Positions 25,804 through 38,779 are shown, counted from the stretch's first letter. The stretch is DNA of 64,000 nt from Azolla caroliniana (GCA_043228905.1 JBHGNT010000012.1:2294001-2358000); one strand, 5' to 3'. A program made the numbers and translations. Notes: generated from the sequence alone by a model not told the origin.

Positions 25804-26915
25804 AAACCATGCCCATGTAAAACATTCCTCTTCCTTTGGGCCTTCCTATTTGACCTTTTTGTTGAAGATTGGATGGCAAGCTCCCAGGGAGCTCCACAAG
25901 CTTTCCGACATTGTGTGTGTGTAAGTGTACGAGTATGGTTGGTATTGGTGTCATGGCTATCCTAAATGAAGAGGCATTGTATTGGAGTGAAGCCTCCTTC
26001 ATGAACTTTAAAGACGAGTCACTTACTTAGAGGGGGAGATTGTGGTCTTTTGTCAATTGCATGGCTAGGTAAAAAGCTTTGTCAACAACGCCATTAACCA
26101 TGACTAAATAAAATGCCTCCACTCGATGCCTAAATGGCTAGGTAAAAAGCTTTGTCAATAGATCCACAACCATGACTAATAACTATAATCCCTCCACTCA
26201 ACGGTTAAAGCTCCCTTTCCTGTATGAACCCTCTCCATATCACGTTTCCGACATATTTAGACCATAACGAGTATTGTTGGTATTGGTTCATGGCCATCCT
26301 AATCAAGGGGGCTTTTGATTTTCAGCGAAGCAGCCTCCACCAACTTTAATATATGAGTAACTTAGAAGAAGAATTGTGTCGTCAACTTTGTGGCTAGGTG
26401 AAGCTTTTTGTGTTGATGATGGAATGTTAATAAGATGGGTTCCATGATCACAACTAAAAATTCCTTCGTTGTAGTAGTTCACACGAGGCTAAGGTTATGC
26501 ATGTATAATTATCAACCTCTCATTCCAATTGCATTCTACTTATTGGGACTTACGTCTATCCAAGAGTCCCAATGAAGAATTGTCGTGTGTAGTGGATACC
26601 GCATATCTTTACGCAAATTTAAAGCCGTAACCTTTTAATGTGCCATGTTGTAAGTTTATAAGGGGAAAGTAAACCTCAATGTGATTGATTATTGTCTAAG
26701 GCGAAAATGAAAACACTCAAAAAGTTGAGATTAATCACAAGATGTGGATTTGAGATCATTAGTGGTAGTGGTCGAGTAGTTGTAAATGTGCCAAATGTGA
26801 GAAGTTGCTTCAATGATAAATGACCAGTAACTAGGCTATGGATAATGGTAGCTTGATTGATTGGGCGCAATTGATGGTTTGTAAATCAAGGAGCAATTGG
26901 CACCATGAAAGTAAG

Positions 26916-27241
26916 TTATTCACGAGTCATTCGCCCAATGCAGTTTCTAGTGTTCTTCCGGCATATCCCATCGGTGTTTCGAGTGTTTGGCTCGGTTAAT
27001 TAATTTCCAAGGCTCCTAATCATCACTGATTAGTTCTTAATTACCTTCATTAGGCAGAGCAAACATATCACCATTAAGCAACTTATTCACGAACCCTTGG
27101 CTCAATGCAATTTCTCGTGTTCTTCTGGCATATCTCATTAGTGTTTCGAGGGTTTGGTTTGTTTAATTAATTTCTAAGGCTCCTAATAGTCACTAATAAG
27201 TTCTTAATCACCTTCATTAGGTAGAGCAAACATATCACCAT
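26916..27241. repeat. 167-bp tandem duplication upstream of the PPR gene
   Basis: TTATTCACGA...GAGCAAACATATCACCAT units start at 26916 and 27083. Confidence 0.85.
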
Positions 27242-27619
27242 CACTAATCAAACATAATTAAGTTAATCACCTCCCCTACGCAGAGAAATGATCATTATCT
27301 CTGTTTTTAACAGTGTTGGCCGATTCCCTTTTCGTGAAATGTCGCAGAAACCATCTCGATTGGAAAGAAGACATGAAGAAGAAGAAGAAGAAGAAGAAGA
27401 AGAAGAAACAGGCACATGCATAATTTTCTATTCAAAGACAAGTAAGTAAATGATTGTATTTAACATGGAATCATCTCAATTGATCCAGAAAGCGTAATGC
27501 TGTTCAAGTATCAGAGAAAGAAGAGAGATCTATGAAGAATCAAACGTATACTATGTATACTGACTGACACATACATCCATGTGCATATCAATATCAGTAA
27601 CAATCTCTCTCTCTCTCTC

Positions 27620-27678
<59 letters not shown>

Positions 27679-27873
27679 TGTATGTATGTATACTTGATTC
27701 TTCACAGATTATTCTTCATGTACATACACATACACGTACACATGCACCTACTGCATGTGCATATCAACATCGATATCTATGTATATGTCTGCTTGATTCT
27801 TCCTAGATCTTTCTTCTTTCTTGAATGTAGGTCAGTGTAACCATTTAAAGAGGAGTTCACTTTTCCCATAGAT

Positions 27874-30168
27874 ATGGATCATCCTCAATGTATAGCACAC
27901 TATTTGCGTCGATTACAAGAATGTTGTAAGAACAGAGAAATCTGTGAGGTGAAGAGAATCCATGCCTTACTGCTCGAAAATGATAGTCCTGAATCACATC
28001 AAGTGGAATTACTTGACCATCATTTGATTCATATCTATGGAAAATGTTTCTGTCCTGATGATGCCCGTTGGCTATTTGATCACATTTCTCAGAGAAATGT
28101 GATCACTTGGAATATGATGCTTTCAGCATACTTGCAAAATGGTCTTTTGGCACAAGCCATTTGTTTATTTCAAGAGATGAGAAAACAAGATGTTGAACCA
28201 AGTGCGGTAACTTTCATCACTACATTGAAATCATGCACTCAATTATACGAAGTTCAATATCTACATACATTGATCCATAAGAGTGGATTTGAGTCAGACG
28301 TTGTTGTCTGCAACGTGTTGATTCATATGTTTGCGAAATGTGGCAGCATAGGTATGGCTTTTCGTACATTCTTGAAAATGCCAGGGCGGGATTTTATCAC
28401 GTGGACAACATTGATTGATGCCTTAATACAAGATGGGAAATCAATGGAAGCTTTACAATGCTTTAAATATATGGTGTCAGATGATGGGTTGCATCCTTCG
28501 GCTATGACATATGCCACCATCTTAAATGCATGTAGCTCTCATGAAACTTTGGAAGAAGGAAAATCTATACATGATCATATCATCAAGATTGGCTATGATT
28601 CATACGAGTTTATTGTTTCATCACTCCTCACGATGTACGGTAAATGTGGTGTGGTGAATGATGCAGTATGGTTATTTGATAATAACATTAGATTAGCTAC
28701 TACAACATGGAACTCGATGATCTCAGTGTATGTAAGACATGGGCATTCTAACGAGGCACTTCAGCTTTTCCAAGAGATGCTTCAACAAAGTATCGAACCA
28801 AATAGTGTTACCATCATCACAATTTTAGATGCTTGTACTGAGGTGTCGGCATTTAAAGAAGGGAAGTTGATCCATAACTGCATGCTTGACGTGGGAATTA
28901 ATTCAAATGCTGCATGGAATGCATTGTTGAACTTCTACGGGCATTGTGGAAGTCCATTTGATGCAATTAATGCATTCGATAAAATGACTCATAAAGATGT
29001 GGTCTCATGGACTACAATTATTCAAGTATTTGCAAATAGTGGTTGCCATGATCAGATTTTTCAATCATTAAATAATATGCAAAAATATGGTGTCAAACCG
29101 AACAAGGTCACATTTGTTAACGTTCTTAAAGCATTCAGTAATTCTGGTAAAGTGGAAGAAGGCATGATGATACACACCATGATTGTTTGTGAGAAGCTGG
29201 AGCTTGATATTGTTATTTGTAATACTCTTATTACTATGTATGGGAACTATGGAAATCCCATAGAGGCATGCAAGATTTTCTCCTCAATGTTGAGATGGGA
29301 TGCTGTATCATGGACAGCAGTGATTGCTGCTCATACCCAGAGTGGGTATGGAATAGAGGCTTTTGGGTTCTTTTTGCAAATGCTCAAAGTTGGAATTTCT
29401 CCGACCAATATCACATATGTGAGTGTTTTTGATGTGCTCACTGCCATGGAAGAGGGCAATATAGTGTACTTTCTTACTGTCGATAGTGGGATTGAATCAA
29501 ATACTCTCCTCGGGAATGCTTGTATAAACTTCTATGCAAGATGTGGAAAGCTAGAAGATGCATTTCATGTATTTGAGAGCTTGCCACATAAGGATATTGT
29601 CTCTTGGTCTACCATTGTAACATCATATGCTCACCAAGGTAAAGGCAAAGAAGCTTTTGATCTTGTATTGAAGATGGGATCCTTGGGTATAAAGCCTGAT
29701 GACATTACCTTTGTTAGTGTGCTTTCGGCTTACAGTCATGCTGGATTAATCATAGAAGGCGTTCAGTTTTTTCATATATTGCATGAATATGGGATTCAAC
29801 CATCAGAGGAACATTATCGATGCATCATGGATATGCTTAGCCGAGTGGGATTGCTTGATATAGTAGAAATCTTCATCGATAACTTACCCTTGCATCCAAC
29901 TATAGTAGAATGGATGACTTTCCTCAGTGCATGCCGTGTCCACAGTGACATTGAAAAGGCTGAGTATGTTGCAGAGTATGTGATCGAGTTAGACTCAGAG
30001 AATCCAGCTGGTTATGTGATCCTTTCCAACATCTACATTGCAGCTGGTGAGCAAGTAAAAGGGGATAGGGTAAGGAAACAAATGTTGAATAGGGTTAGAG
30101 AGGATGTAATTGGTGGCATGTTCATAGAAGAGGAAGATGTTATCAGTGATCTTGCAGTTGGTGCTTGA
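27874..30168 (+). CDS. PLS-class pentatricopeptide repeat protein with E domain and no DYW (764 aa, single coding exon)
   Basis: Repeated P/L/S motifs (DVVSWT.II, P..VTF..VL.AC, N.LI.MY.KCG). E motif EWMTFLSACRVH...ELDSENPAGYVILSNIY. Probable 5'-UTR intron at ~27441-27830 (GTAAGT...TGTAG) containing (CT)/(AT)/(TATG) microsatellites. Confidence 0.95.
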   Translation: MDHPQCIAHYLRRLQECCKNREICEVKRIHALLLENDSPESHQVELLDHHLIHIYGKCFCPDDARWLFDHISQRNVITWNMMLSAYLQNGLLAQAICLFQEMRKQDVEPSAVTFITTLKSCTQLYEVQYLHTLIHKSGFESDVVVCNVLIHMFAKCGSIGMAFRTFLKMPGRDFITWTTLIDALIQDGKSMEALQCFKYMVSDDGLHPSAMTYATILNACSSHETLEEGKSIHDHIIKIGYDSYEFIVSSLLTMYGKCGVVNDAVWLFDNNIRLATTTWNSMISVYVRHGHSNEALQLFQEMLQQSIEPNSVTIITILDACTEVSAFKEGKLIHNCMLDVGINSNAAWNALLNFYGHCGSPFDAINAFDKMTHKDVVSWTTIIQVFANSGCHDQIFQSLNNMQKYGVKPNKVTFVNVLKAFSNSGKVEEGMMIHTMIVCEKLELDIVICNTLITMYGNYGNPIEACKIFSSMLRWDAVSWTAVIAAHTQSGYGIEAFGFFLQMLKVGISPTNITYVSVFDVLTAMEEGNIVYFLTVDSGIESNTLLGNACINFYARCGKLEDAFHVFESLPHKDIVSWSTIVTSYAHQGKGKEAFDLVLKMGSLGIKPDDITFVSVLSAYSHAGLIIEGVQFFHILHEYGIQPSEEHYRCIMDMLSRVGLLDIVEIFIDNLPLHPTIVEWMTFLSACRVHSDIEKAEYVAEYVIELDSENPAGYVILSNIYIAAGEQVKGDRVRKQMLNRVREDVIGGMFIEEEDVISDLAVGA

Positions 30169-32345
30169 AAAAAAAACATTTCACCAAAAGATTCGGAAAA
30201 GAAACTATATGAGATGTTTTAGGCGCCATCATCAAATGAGAGGGGATGTTTTTCAGCCATGTTGGCCCCATACCAGGAATGTGTCAAAATTTGGCTTTAT
30301 AGTGTTGAACTTCCAATCAGAGGGCCCTCTACCATCAGTTTGTGGAGACGAAAGTTTCCATCAAAGAGATGTGGCCCAGGAAGAAAATATACTCTTTTCC
30401 CCTATTCTATCATCGACTCTCTAACAGTATTTGTCATTGGTGTATAAATGACTTTGGTAATTCCATTGGTTTGTGAAGAAGATTTTCCATTTTGAAGAGT
30501 TTTGCCAACTTCCGAGAGAAGATTAGTTTACTATTGGTCTGAAGAGCAGATGAAGGAACTTGGGCTGTGCCATGAACCAATAGCAAAACAGTGTGGTTGG
30601 GCAGGTGGGAAAATTTTAAAAATTTGCCCTCTGAAATTCTGAACAAAGGAATTCCATTGGTTCTAAAGTCCATTGAACATGTCTGCCAAAGGAAGAGTTG
30701 TTACATTCTTATGCAAAGCTTATGAAGAAATGAAGAATGTGCTAATTATTTTTTGGCAATGCTTACCATGTAGATCACTGAAGACTTTCTCCAAAGTGGA
30801 AGATTTGATGCTAACATTGTCGTTTGGGAGTTAAAATCTTGATATAAATGAGGTTGTAAAGTTGCTAGGATTTTGTAGATATGCTTACATGTAACGTGGG
30901 CAAATGAAAAGTTTAAACTAATGGAAGAGTCTTGGAGCCGATAAGGATGCCTATAGACTGACCTATGGAACTTAAGCCTTTCAAAGTCAAATTGGGACTA
31001 AAGAACTTGTATTCCTATAATGCCACCTCTTCAAAGTGTTCAAAGTAAACACATTTTCCTAAGGGGTTATCTAACCTTCGATACAAAAGTTTGCATTTGT
31101 TGGAGAATGCACAACTCATTGTGGAGTGGACCATGCCTCCATGAATGAGTGCTTACATTTGTTGAAATATTTGGATGTATTACAAAGCCTCAAAATTTAT
31201 GGCGATCTATTTGGTACAACGTTATGATAAAAATGTTTTTGCTGTGCTAGATATATTTGGCCAAAGATAATTACTGTCATAAGACCTTAATGCATCTCCG
31301 CCAAGTTTGTTTACCAAAATTGAGCTTACAAATTTTATAGCAATCTGTTATATGATGAAAGTAATTAGAGAATGCATCAATATGGTGATCATGATCCAAA
31401 GATTACGTCCAAATTTTATTTTCCTCAATTGTATACCAAATTCCTTGTCTTTAAAAGATTGTTGTGGATCTATATTGCTTGTTTTTTGGACTTGTTATTT
31501 GATTGATTGATTTCAACGAAAACATTGTTTTATGAGTTTGTTACTGCATGCAACATGGGAGGGATTGATAAGGAAACGGATATCCTTATGACGATAATTT
31601 AGACTCAGCTAGAAGGAAACTAAACCTAAAATCAAAGACTACATAAATGTTGGTGATTGTAAAAAAGACTACACAAATATTGAACTTCATTGAAAGTTAA
31701 TTATATCTATGAGCCATAGCGGCTATATTGTTGCCCATGGTGCTTCATACATAAAGCTCCAAGGCTATAGGCTAAAGGTTCTTTGTATCCGCCACTCATC
31801 CATACCCTGTCTTCTGGTTTGGACATGACCTTTTGGAAACTTAACTACTTGAGTATCTTAACAAGATATTTCATCCAATAATATATAACAACAATAAGAG
31901 AATATTACAAGATTAGGTGACCTACTTATTAGGACATGAAGTTTTTTGAATGGGAGTTAATAAACTTAAAAGTACATTTGAAACCCTACTTTCAATGTTG
32001 ATTTCCCACGTCCATGGTGCTCGATGATCAAGTTATGTATCATTATTGGATGCCACGTGGTGCATGCAAAACTTAAAAGGTTGTATGGTTTGACCATATT
32101 TATATTTATATTCTGTTTTTGTGTCCCTCGTGGTTCTCAACATTAGCATGTTTTCTTTTTTGCGACTTTCTTGCGGTATCGATGTTTGGGAGGACAAGGC
32201 TTGCATTGAATTCTTTTGAAGATCTATTCTGAATTTATAACTAAACTTATACCAAATTTGCAGACATGGTAGGGTAGGGGAAAGTGACACATACAAACTA
32301 TACACCAAAGTAGGTGACCTTAGGGACAAGTTGTCTTCGGAGTTC

Positions 32346-32756
32346 GAATCTATAGAAAAACGCATGTTAAGCGGGAACCTAAAGCTCGAGGGGTTCGGAC
32401 TACAGCGGGCATGGTCATGGAGCCGGACAAAAGAAGCGAATCTATAGAAAAACACATGTTAAGGGGGAACCTAAGGTCGAGGGATTCGGACTGCAGTGGG
32501 CATGGCCATGGAGCTGGACAAACCTAACGAAAATGCGGAATGGACGGGGTGGAGGCCTGGGATTGGGAGACCCTCTAAATTTAGAGACTGCCCAATTAGT
32601 CTATAGAAAAACACATGTTAAGCGGGAACCTAAAGCTCGAGGGGTTGGGACTGCAGTCAGCATGGCCATGGAGCTGGACAAAACTAGCGAAAATGCGGAA
32701 TGGCCGGGCTGGAGACCTGGGATTGGGAGAGCCTCTAAATTTAGAGGCTGCCCAAT
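32346..32756. repeat. GC-richer tandem repeat: one ~92-bp partial unit plus two ~159-bp units
   Basis: TCTATAGAAAAAC.CATGTTAAG.GGGAACCTAA occurs at ~32349, 32441 and 32600. Confidence 0.85.
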
Positions 32757-34101
32757 AAGCTATGAGCTAAATTTACATGTGGTCTTCTTCTACTACTACT
32801 ACTACTACTACTCCTTCAAGTGCTCTGTTTCAGTGTTGGGGAAGAAGAGCTCATTAGAGAGAATTGGGCCCCCAATTCCTTTGCAACTGGCTTTACCAGA
32901 AAGGGCTTGGCTATGGCTTCTTTCATCACACTTCAGAGTTCAAAGAACAGGTAAAAAGAAGAAAAGAAACTAGGAAGAACTGAGTCATGTAGCTATATCT
33001 ATGAGAGAGAGAGAGAGGGAGAGAGAAGAGAACGTGGAAATAAATAATGCTGCATATTTCACCCCATCTCTCTGCACGTCTTTCACTTCATCGTGTTTTT
33101 TTTAAAAAGATTGGATCTCCATGGCTTCCTCTTTTGCATCTTAACAGTGAACACCATTTCCAAAATCATCAACAACAGCAGAAGACATTGTTTCTTCTCA
33201 GCTCTCTGAAAAACGGTATGCTTTAATCTTACGTTATATAATTCCTTGTGAAAAAGCTCGCAAATTTTCCCTTTGTTTCCCCCAAATCCCCTTGCTCCAC
33301 CCCCTAAATATACAGTCACTTCATCCCCTTCTTTCTCGATTATATGGTCAATTCAGCACCTTTTTTGTTCTCTTCCTGCGGCTTAAATTAAAAGGTGTTT
33401 CGTGAATTAAGAAAAACTCATTTGAGAAAATAAAGAAAAAAATTGAGGAGTATTTCAGAGTTCCCATTTCCCTAATGGTATTCAGTTAGGTTTAGGTTTA
33501 AAGAAAGTATTCAATTCGATTATTATGGATTCATCAATTTAAAAAGTGCAAATTTGTATAAAAAACTACACCTTTTTTTGTTCTCAAGTTGAAGGGTGAG
33601 GAGTTTAAAAATTTATTAAAAAACTTACAAGACTGCAGTCAATTAGGCTAGCTGAAGTGGTTGGATCTTATTCTTTCTTCTTCTTGACATGTGGAATAAA
33701 ATTCTCGTCCTTCTTCACAATTAGAGTTCTGTGCAAGAGAGCCATTTTGAACTAGTTATGGCTACTTCCTCGAGGAATTTTTTACCTTGTGGATATTTGT
33801 TCAATATTTTAAGATTGAGAAGCAAAGTAGTTTTCACGAAGAGGGAATGTAGCAATGTCCCAATGTTTTGCAATGACCAGGATTTCCTTGTATATTGTTT
33901 CTTCCCTTAAATCTACTTTTTATACAAGGATTGGAAACAATTGAATCTCAGTAGGGAAAGATAAAAGACATTAAGTAAAAATCAAATCATGTGCTAGAGT
34001 GTTTTATATCCACTTACAAATCTGTTATCGGGAATGTTATATATATGCACTAATCCTCATTATTGGTTGTCTACTTTCTTCCTTTACAGTTTTAAGGTAT
34101 A

Positions 34102-36596
34102 ATGGTCAAGTTGACAGCGATGCATTATAGGTATGTTGGAATCCTTCGCATAAAGATTGGGAAAGTTCTATGCCATTTGTAGAAACTCATAATGTTGTAG
34201 AAGCTTATAATGCTCGACAGTGTAGGGAAGCATAAGATCAATGGCCTCCTTCCTGTAAAAGGAATGCCAAATACTTGTCTAACAAAAAAATTCTGTGTAA
34301 ATATTGTTAAGAGAAACTCTGAAATGGCCTTGAGTTTCTCATAGATTCCACAAATGCCATCAGTCAACACTCTCTTGATATTTCAGAGTTTTTCCTGATT
34401 AATCATGCATTTTTAACGTGAAATACAGGCAAGTGGTTGAGCATGCTGTCTTATTAAATTTGCCATACCTTCAAGGAGACCAAGAGTCACAGATCTTGCG
34501 AGCTCTTTATAACCTGCAATTTGAGTTCGATCCTATCCTTCAACTCTCAGTAGGTAAGAGGTATTTGTATTAGCCTTTATGTGCTTTCTTTTGTTTAGGT
34601 TACTATCTTAGAAACATTGTTCTGGGTTATGCCAACATTTTTGTCGAGTTCAAGTGCTTCTTCATGTAGAGACATTACCTCTTTGTGCTTATATGGAAAA
34701 TATGGTTTTTATGTGACCCAAAATATGTTCAGGTCGTGTGCTCGACAATCAAAATCTGGTTACTCATGCTTTAATTATACGCTTCCCTAGTATTCAAGTT
34801 CTACTCGATTACTATCAGTCAAATGCTCATTCCAATGCTTTTGCCAAAATTGGTCCTCATTTACATGTAAGTACATACAGTGATACATACTAGAAAAACC
34901 TTTATTATTGGCACTACCTTTGTCAGTTATATACATGAAAAGACATTTTAAAAACCTTTATTGGAATCTACCTTTGTTGTTATTCATCTTTGTTGGTTAT
35001 ATACAAGAAAAGACATGTATTATTTCCTACCTTCGTTGGTTATATTTGTCATTGCCACATGAGATATAAATGAGCATGAATGAGAATACCTTGATGTTCA
35101 CCATTTTGGTGACCTTACAACTTAAAAATGCTTTGCAGGGGCAGTACACGGTAGATTATTTAGCATCAGTTCATGATTATGGAAATGGTGGATCCGTAAG
35201 TACACATTCTTTCGGTATGCCTAATCATAATGTTCTTAATCATGTGCTTAAAGTGTGAAAAGCTTGTGAATAATTTTGCAACTAATATAGGAGGGTTTGT
35301 AGGTTGGCCCGAAATGGATAAACCTTACTTTCCTCAGTTTCAAGGATAATCTCCTCCCAGGAACAATAGAAAATGTTGTGCAGTCTCTCTTTGATTTAGG
35401 AGGACAACTGGATTATGTGATCAAAGACTTGACTGTGGGTGAGTAATAACCGTGTGCATAATGTCTTTTTCTTAATGTACAGTTGCTATGTTTTGCACTC
35501 ATTGTTAAATCACGCTATTGCTAAGAGTAACAAGGAAGATAGATATAAACATCACCAGCATCTATGGGAGACTGAATGTTGATGATTGGGATGGGTCACA
35601 GGGCTAAGTCCATGTTGATGATTGAACTTGGGTCCCCTCAATGTCATGACTAGAACAAGTAAATATATTTTCACAACCCTTTTAATGTATTAGATTTTCG
35701 GCTCATTACGAGTCGCCTTAACAAATGGACCTCCTTCACCATTTATTCAATGATGTTTCTTTTAAATCTTTCATGTCTGTAGGTTTCCACCATTTTTGTC
35801 CACATTTCGTAAGGCATGTAGGCCGCATGCACATGTCCTATGCTTCTTGTATGCAAACAACCCACAAAGATGAATAATGAATAGAACCATGTGGATTGTT
35901 ATAGGTGAAAATCTTGTTATTCAAGATGGAGCTTTCACCCATGCGTTTGGTGTATATTTATCATCAGGTTCATTGGGCTTCTAATTTTTGGATCACTTAA
36001 CATCAATCAAGGCTTAGGGTGATAAACCCAAGTCTGGAGTACCTTGAAGTTTTTCTTCATTTCCACAAATACACCTAAAAAAGTTCTCCTATTTTCCCAA
36101 ATGCCCTCGGTCAACCTCCTCAAGCAATTATTTGTGCTATTTGAGCAATTATAGAGGTGGCTTGATGTCACCCTCCTTTTCCTCTCTTTTGGAGGTTAAC
36201 CAGGGTCATTTTGGAAAATAATGAGAACTCAGGGGCATTTGGGGGGGTTAAAGAAAAACATGAGGGGATAACTCTGAGTTTTTCCCTATTTTTTAATAGG
36301 TCATTGTAAAGCAAAACAAATGACTATGAATGTTTTTGCAGCCGAAGATTTGGAGAGGTTGCCGAACAATCCTCGTTATGCTTCTGTAAGTGTTGTAATT
36401 TTATTTATTTGGCTGTAATCCTTCTGGATTCTACACTAATCTGCTCGGCAACTGAAAGTTGATAGGCAAACTATTTCTTTATTAATGTTAAAGATTTGTT
36501 GGTCAGGTCATTAATGATAAAGTTGTTCCGGCGGCCGCAAAACTTTTCTCGGTGAAGTTTTTGGCGTTCAAGCCATTTTTGACCGCTCGTCTCTGA
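34102..36596 (+). CDS. Tandem Dabb (stress-responsive alpha/beta barrel) domain protein, UP3-like, 225 aa, C-terminal PTS1-like ARL
   Basis: 8 GT-AG exons with matching phases: 34102-34130, 34429-34553, 34733-34866, 35139-35195, 35303-35438, 35905-35967, 36342-36385, 36507-36596 (678 nt). There is an in-frame TAA upstream of the ATG. Protein: MVKLTAMHYRQVVEHAVLLNLP...ILQLSVGRVLD...THALIIRFPS...DYYQSNAH...TVDY...INLTFLSFKD...DLTVGENL...FTHAFGVYLSSAEDL...VINDKVVPAAAKLFSVKF...LTARL*. It contains two copies of the Dabb pattern (V.H.VL / G.N / THA...F). Confidence 0.85.
36016..36287. mobile_element. MITE-like element with ~100-bp imperfect terminal inverted repeats, in intron 6 of the Dabb gene
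   Basis: Left arm AGGGTGATAAAC...GTTTTTCTT...GTTCTCCTATTTTCCCAAATGCCCTCGGTCAACCTCC is similar to the reverse complement of the right arm GGAGGTTAACCAGGGTCATTTTGGAAAATAATGAGAAC...AAGAAAAAC...TTTTTCCCT. The TSD is not clear. Confidence 0.65.
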
Positions 36597-38779
36597 TGTT
36601 ATTCCTTATCCACTTCTCAGTTAACATAAAAAGTTTTGCTACTTTTGAAAACACACTTTTGTATTTTCAAGTTTTGGTCTTTAGCTATGATGTATTGGCA
36701 TCCTTCACATTGGTATGGGAATAAGTTTTGGTTTTCGGGTTAGATAGGAGTTCAAAATACTGAATGACTCCGACCGACTATCTCTTACTTGTTGTGATAG
36801 CTGAGATCTTATTCTATAAATTCGTTGATTTCATTCTCTTGATTGTGTTCTCGTACTCAAATGTTTATATGGAATTTCAAAGTAATCTTGGGTTTGATTT
36901 ATGAAGATTTGGAGAGGAATAGAAAGGTTTTAGGGTTTTGGGTTCAACAAGAAACATGGCCACAGCTTGTGTTGGCACTTATAGCATCAAAGGGAATCTT
37001 CAACTTAAGGCTTATAATGATACTCTTGCGGTGGATGTATCGATTTCATGAGAAAGAAGAGCAGTCTTATGATAAATAAAAGCAATTTCGAGCAAAAAAC
37101 TTTGTTAAGGCCATTTATAAATTGCCCTTAGAATGCACCTGTTAAGATGCATTCATAAAATAAGAAATAAGAACATTCTTGGTTTTAATTATTATTTTTT
37201 CAGTAAAAAAGCCTAGAAGTGATTAGAGAACAGGCATATGTAGAAAATATTGACAATAAAGTCAATGAACTTGCATACATATCAAAGAAGTTGATTTATC
37301 ATCTCCAAATGGAAGCTAGCTAGACATAGCATCTGTTGAGCTCTCATGGATTGATCCAAAGTGGTTAATCATGACATGGTGGAAGCTCATACCTAACTTA
37401 TCTCATGAGGTGCATGCTAGAGCTAGTGCAGTCTTGTCAACTTCGTCGAAGCATTCCTAATTGCCCAAGTTCACAAGGAGAACTTTGTGGGGTATTGAGT
37501 GATGTCCCCAATAAGCTCTAATAAATCCTACAACTGGAGTTCAAGCAACATACCTTATCGACCCAAGTGAGAGAAATCAATGCGAGATCTAGGTGGACAC
37601 TCAAGCTTATGCCAAGTTCTTAAAGTTATGTCCCACTACATTTTAAAATTGTTATGCTAAAATATTAAAATCTCTTAAAACGCTATCACCCACTTGTTAA
37701 TATTTAAATAATTTGGACAACAACATTCCTTGAAACTTGGATCTTTGGATGTATCAAATAGCACATCAGCCAACCAAAGCTCTTTTTTCCCTCAAGGTTT
37801 ACACCGTCAATTTTATCCATTTTTACTCCTTTTTTTTCCAAAAACTATCCATTTTTACTTTTATACCCTTACGAATGAAGGTAACCCATCTACTAATTTC
37901 CTTTGATTGTAATTTGTACCACCAAATTAGGGTATGGTTCTTAGGTTGTGGTTAAAATGTGCAATTGGTTGCCTTATGCTATTGGCATGGTCACATAAAA
38001 AACAAGGGTGAGTTGAGGCTTGTAACAATAGGGTTGCCAAGGGAGTCGTGACCTTATGTGCAACAAAAACAAGTTATAACTTCACACTCAAATTGTTTCC
38101 CAGCTTTCTACTCTTGAGGCTGTGACTTGTTTAAAGTTTGCCCACACACTTATCATTGCTTTGAACGGAAGACATGTCTTAAAACAACTAACAATTGTAA
38201 TGTGAATTCAGTGCACAACAAGTTATGACCTTAAATGACTTGTGGACAACATCTTGATTTTCTCTATACCTTGGCCGCTGCCTCTATGATCATTGACCTA
38301 AAACTGTCTGCACAATGCACTTGTCGTTGTATCGACCATGCTGTCTAATCATGGTCTACATACTACATAGTACATACTTGATAAGTGATAACACACCTCA
38401 AAGACATCACGCGAGCATGTGCGCACCCGCCTAGATTAAGGAAGGTATTTATTTTCTCATGTGGGAAAGAAATGCCCACTTTGCTTTAACATATTATTCC
38501 CATGTGGGAAAAAGCTACCCACTTTTAGCAATGTTTCCTTAAAGATTGCAATGACAGTATTAAGTCAAAGGCTAGAGTAGATTAGACTAACCTAGAGTGG
38601 ACTGGAGTGGAGACCAACAATAAGCATTCAAAAAATAGTAATGTTAAATTAAGTGAGAAGCATATGGCAAAGAAGCAAGTTAGCCAACATTCATTCATTC
38701 CATTCATTGACAATAATAAGATCTCATATCTTCTCTCATATCATCTGATCTGATTGAGGCAATCCACAGATCATGCAGG

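Noticed and set aside
25401-25965. 134-aa and 161-aa poly-Phe/Ser ORFs
   Set aside because: Translation of a (CTTTTT)n tract, with no coding signature.
30230-31500. Possible LINE reverse-transcriptase remnant downstream of the PPR gene
   Set aside because: Only a frameshifted DFE(K)A-like word near 30975-30995 on the minus strand. Too weak to call without a profile search.
38407-38434. GC-rich mini-hairpin followed by CTAG, resembling a Helitron 3' end
   Set aside because: The stem is poor, CTAG is followed by A rather than T, and no 5' end is identifiable.
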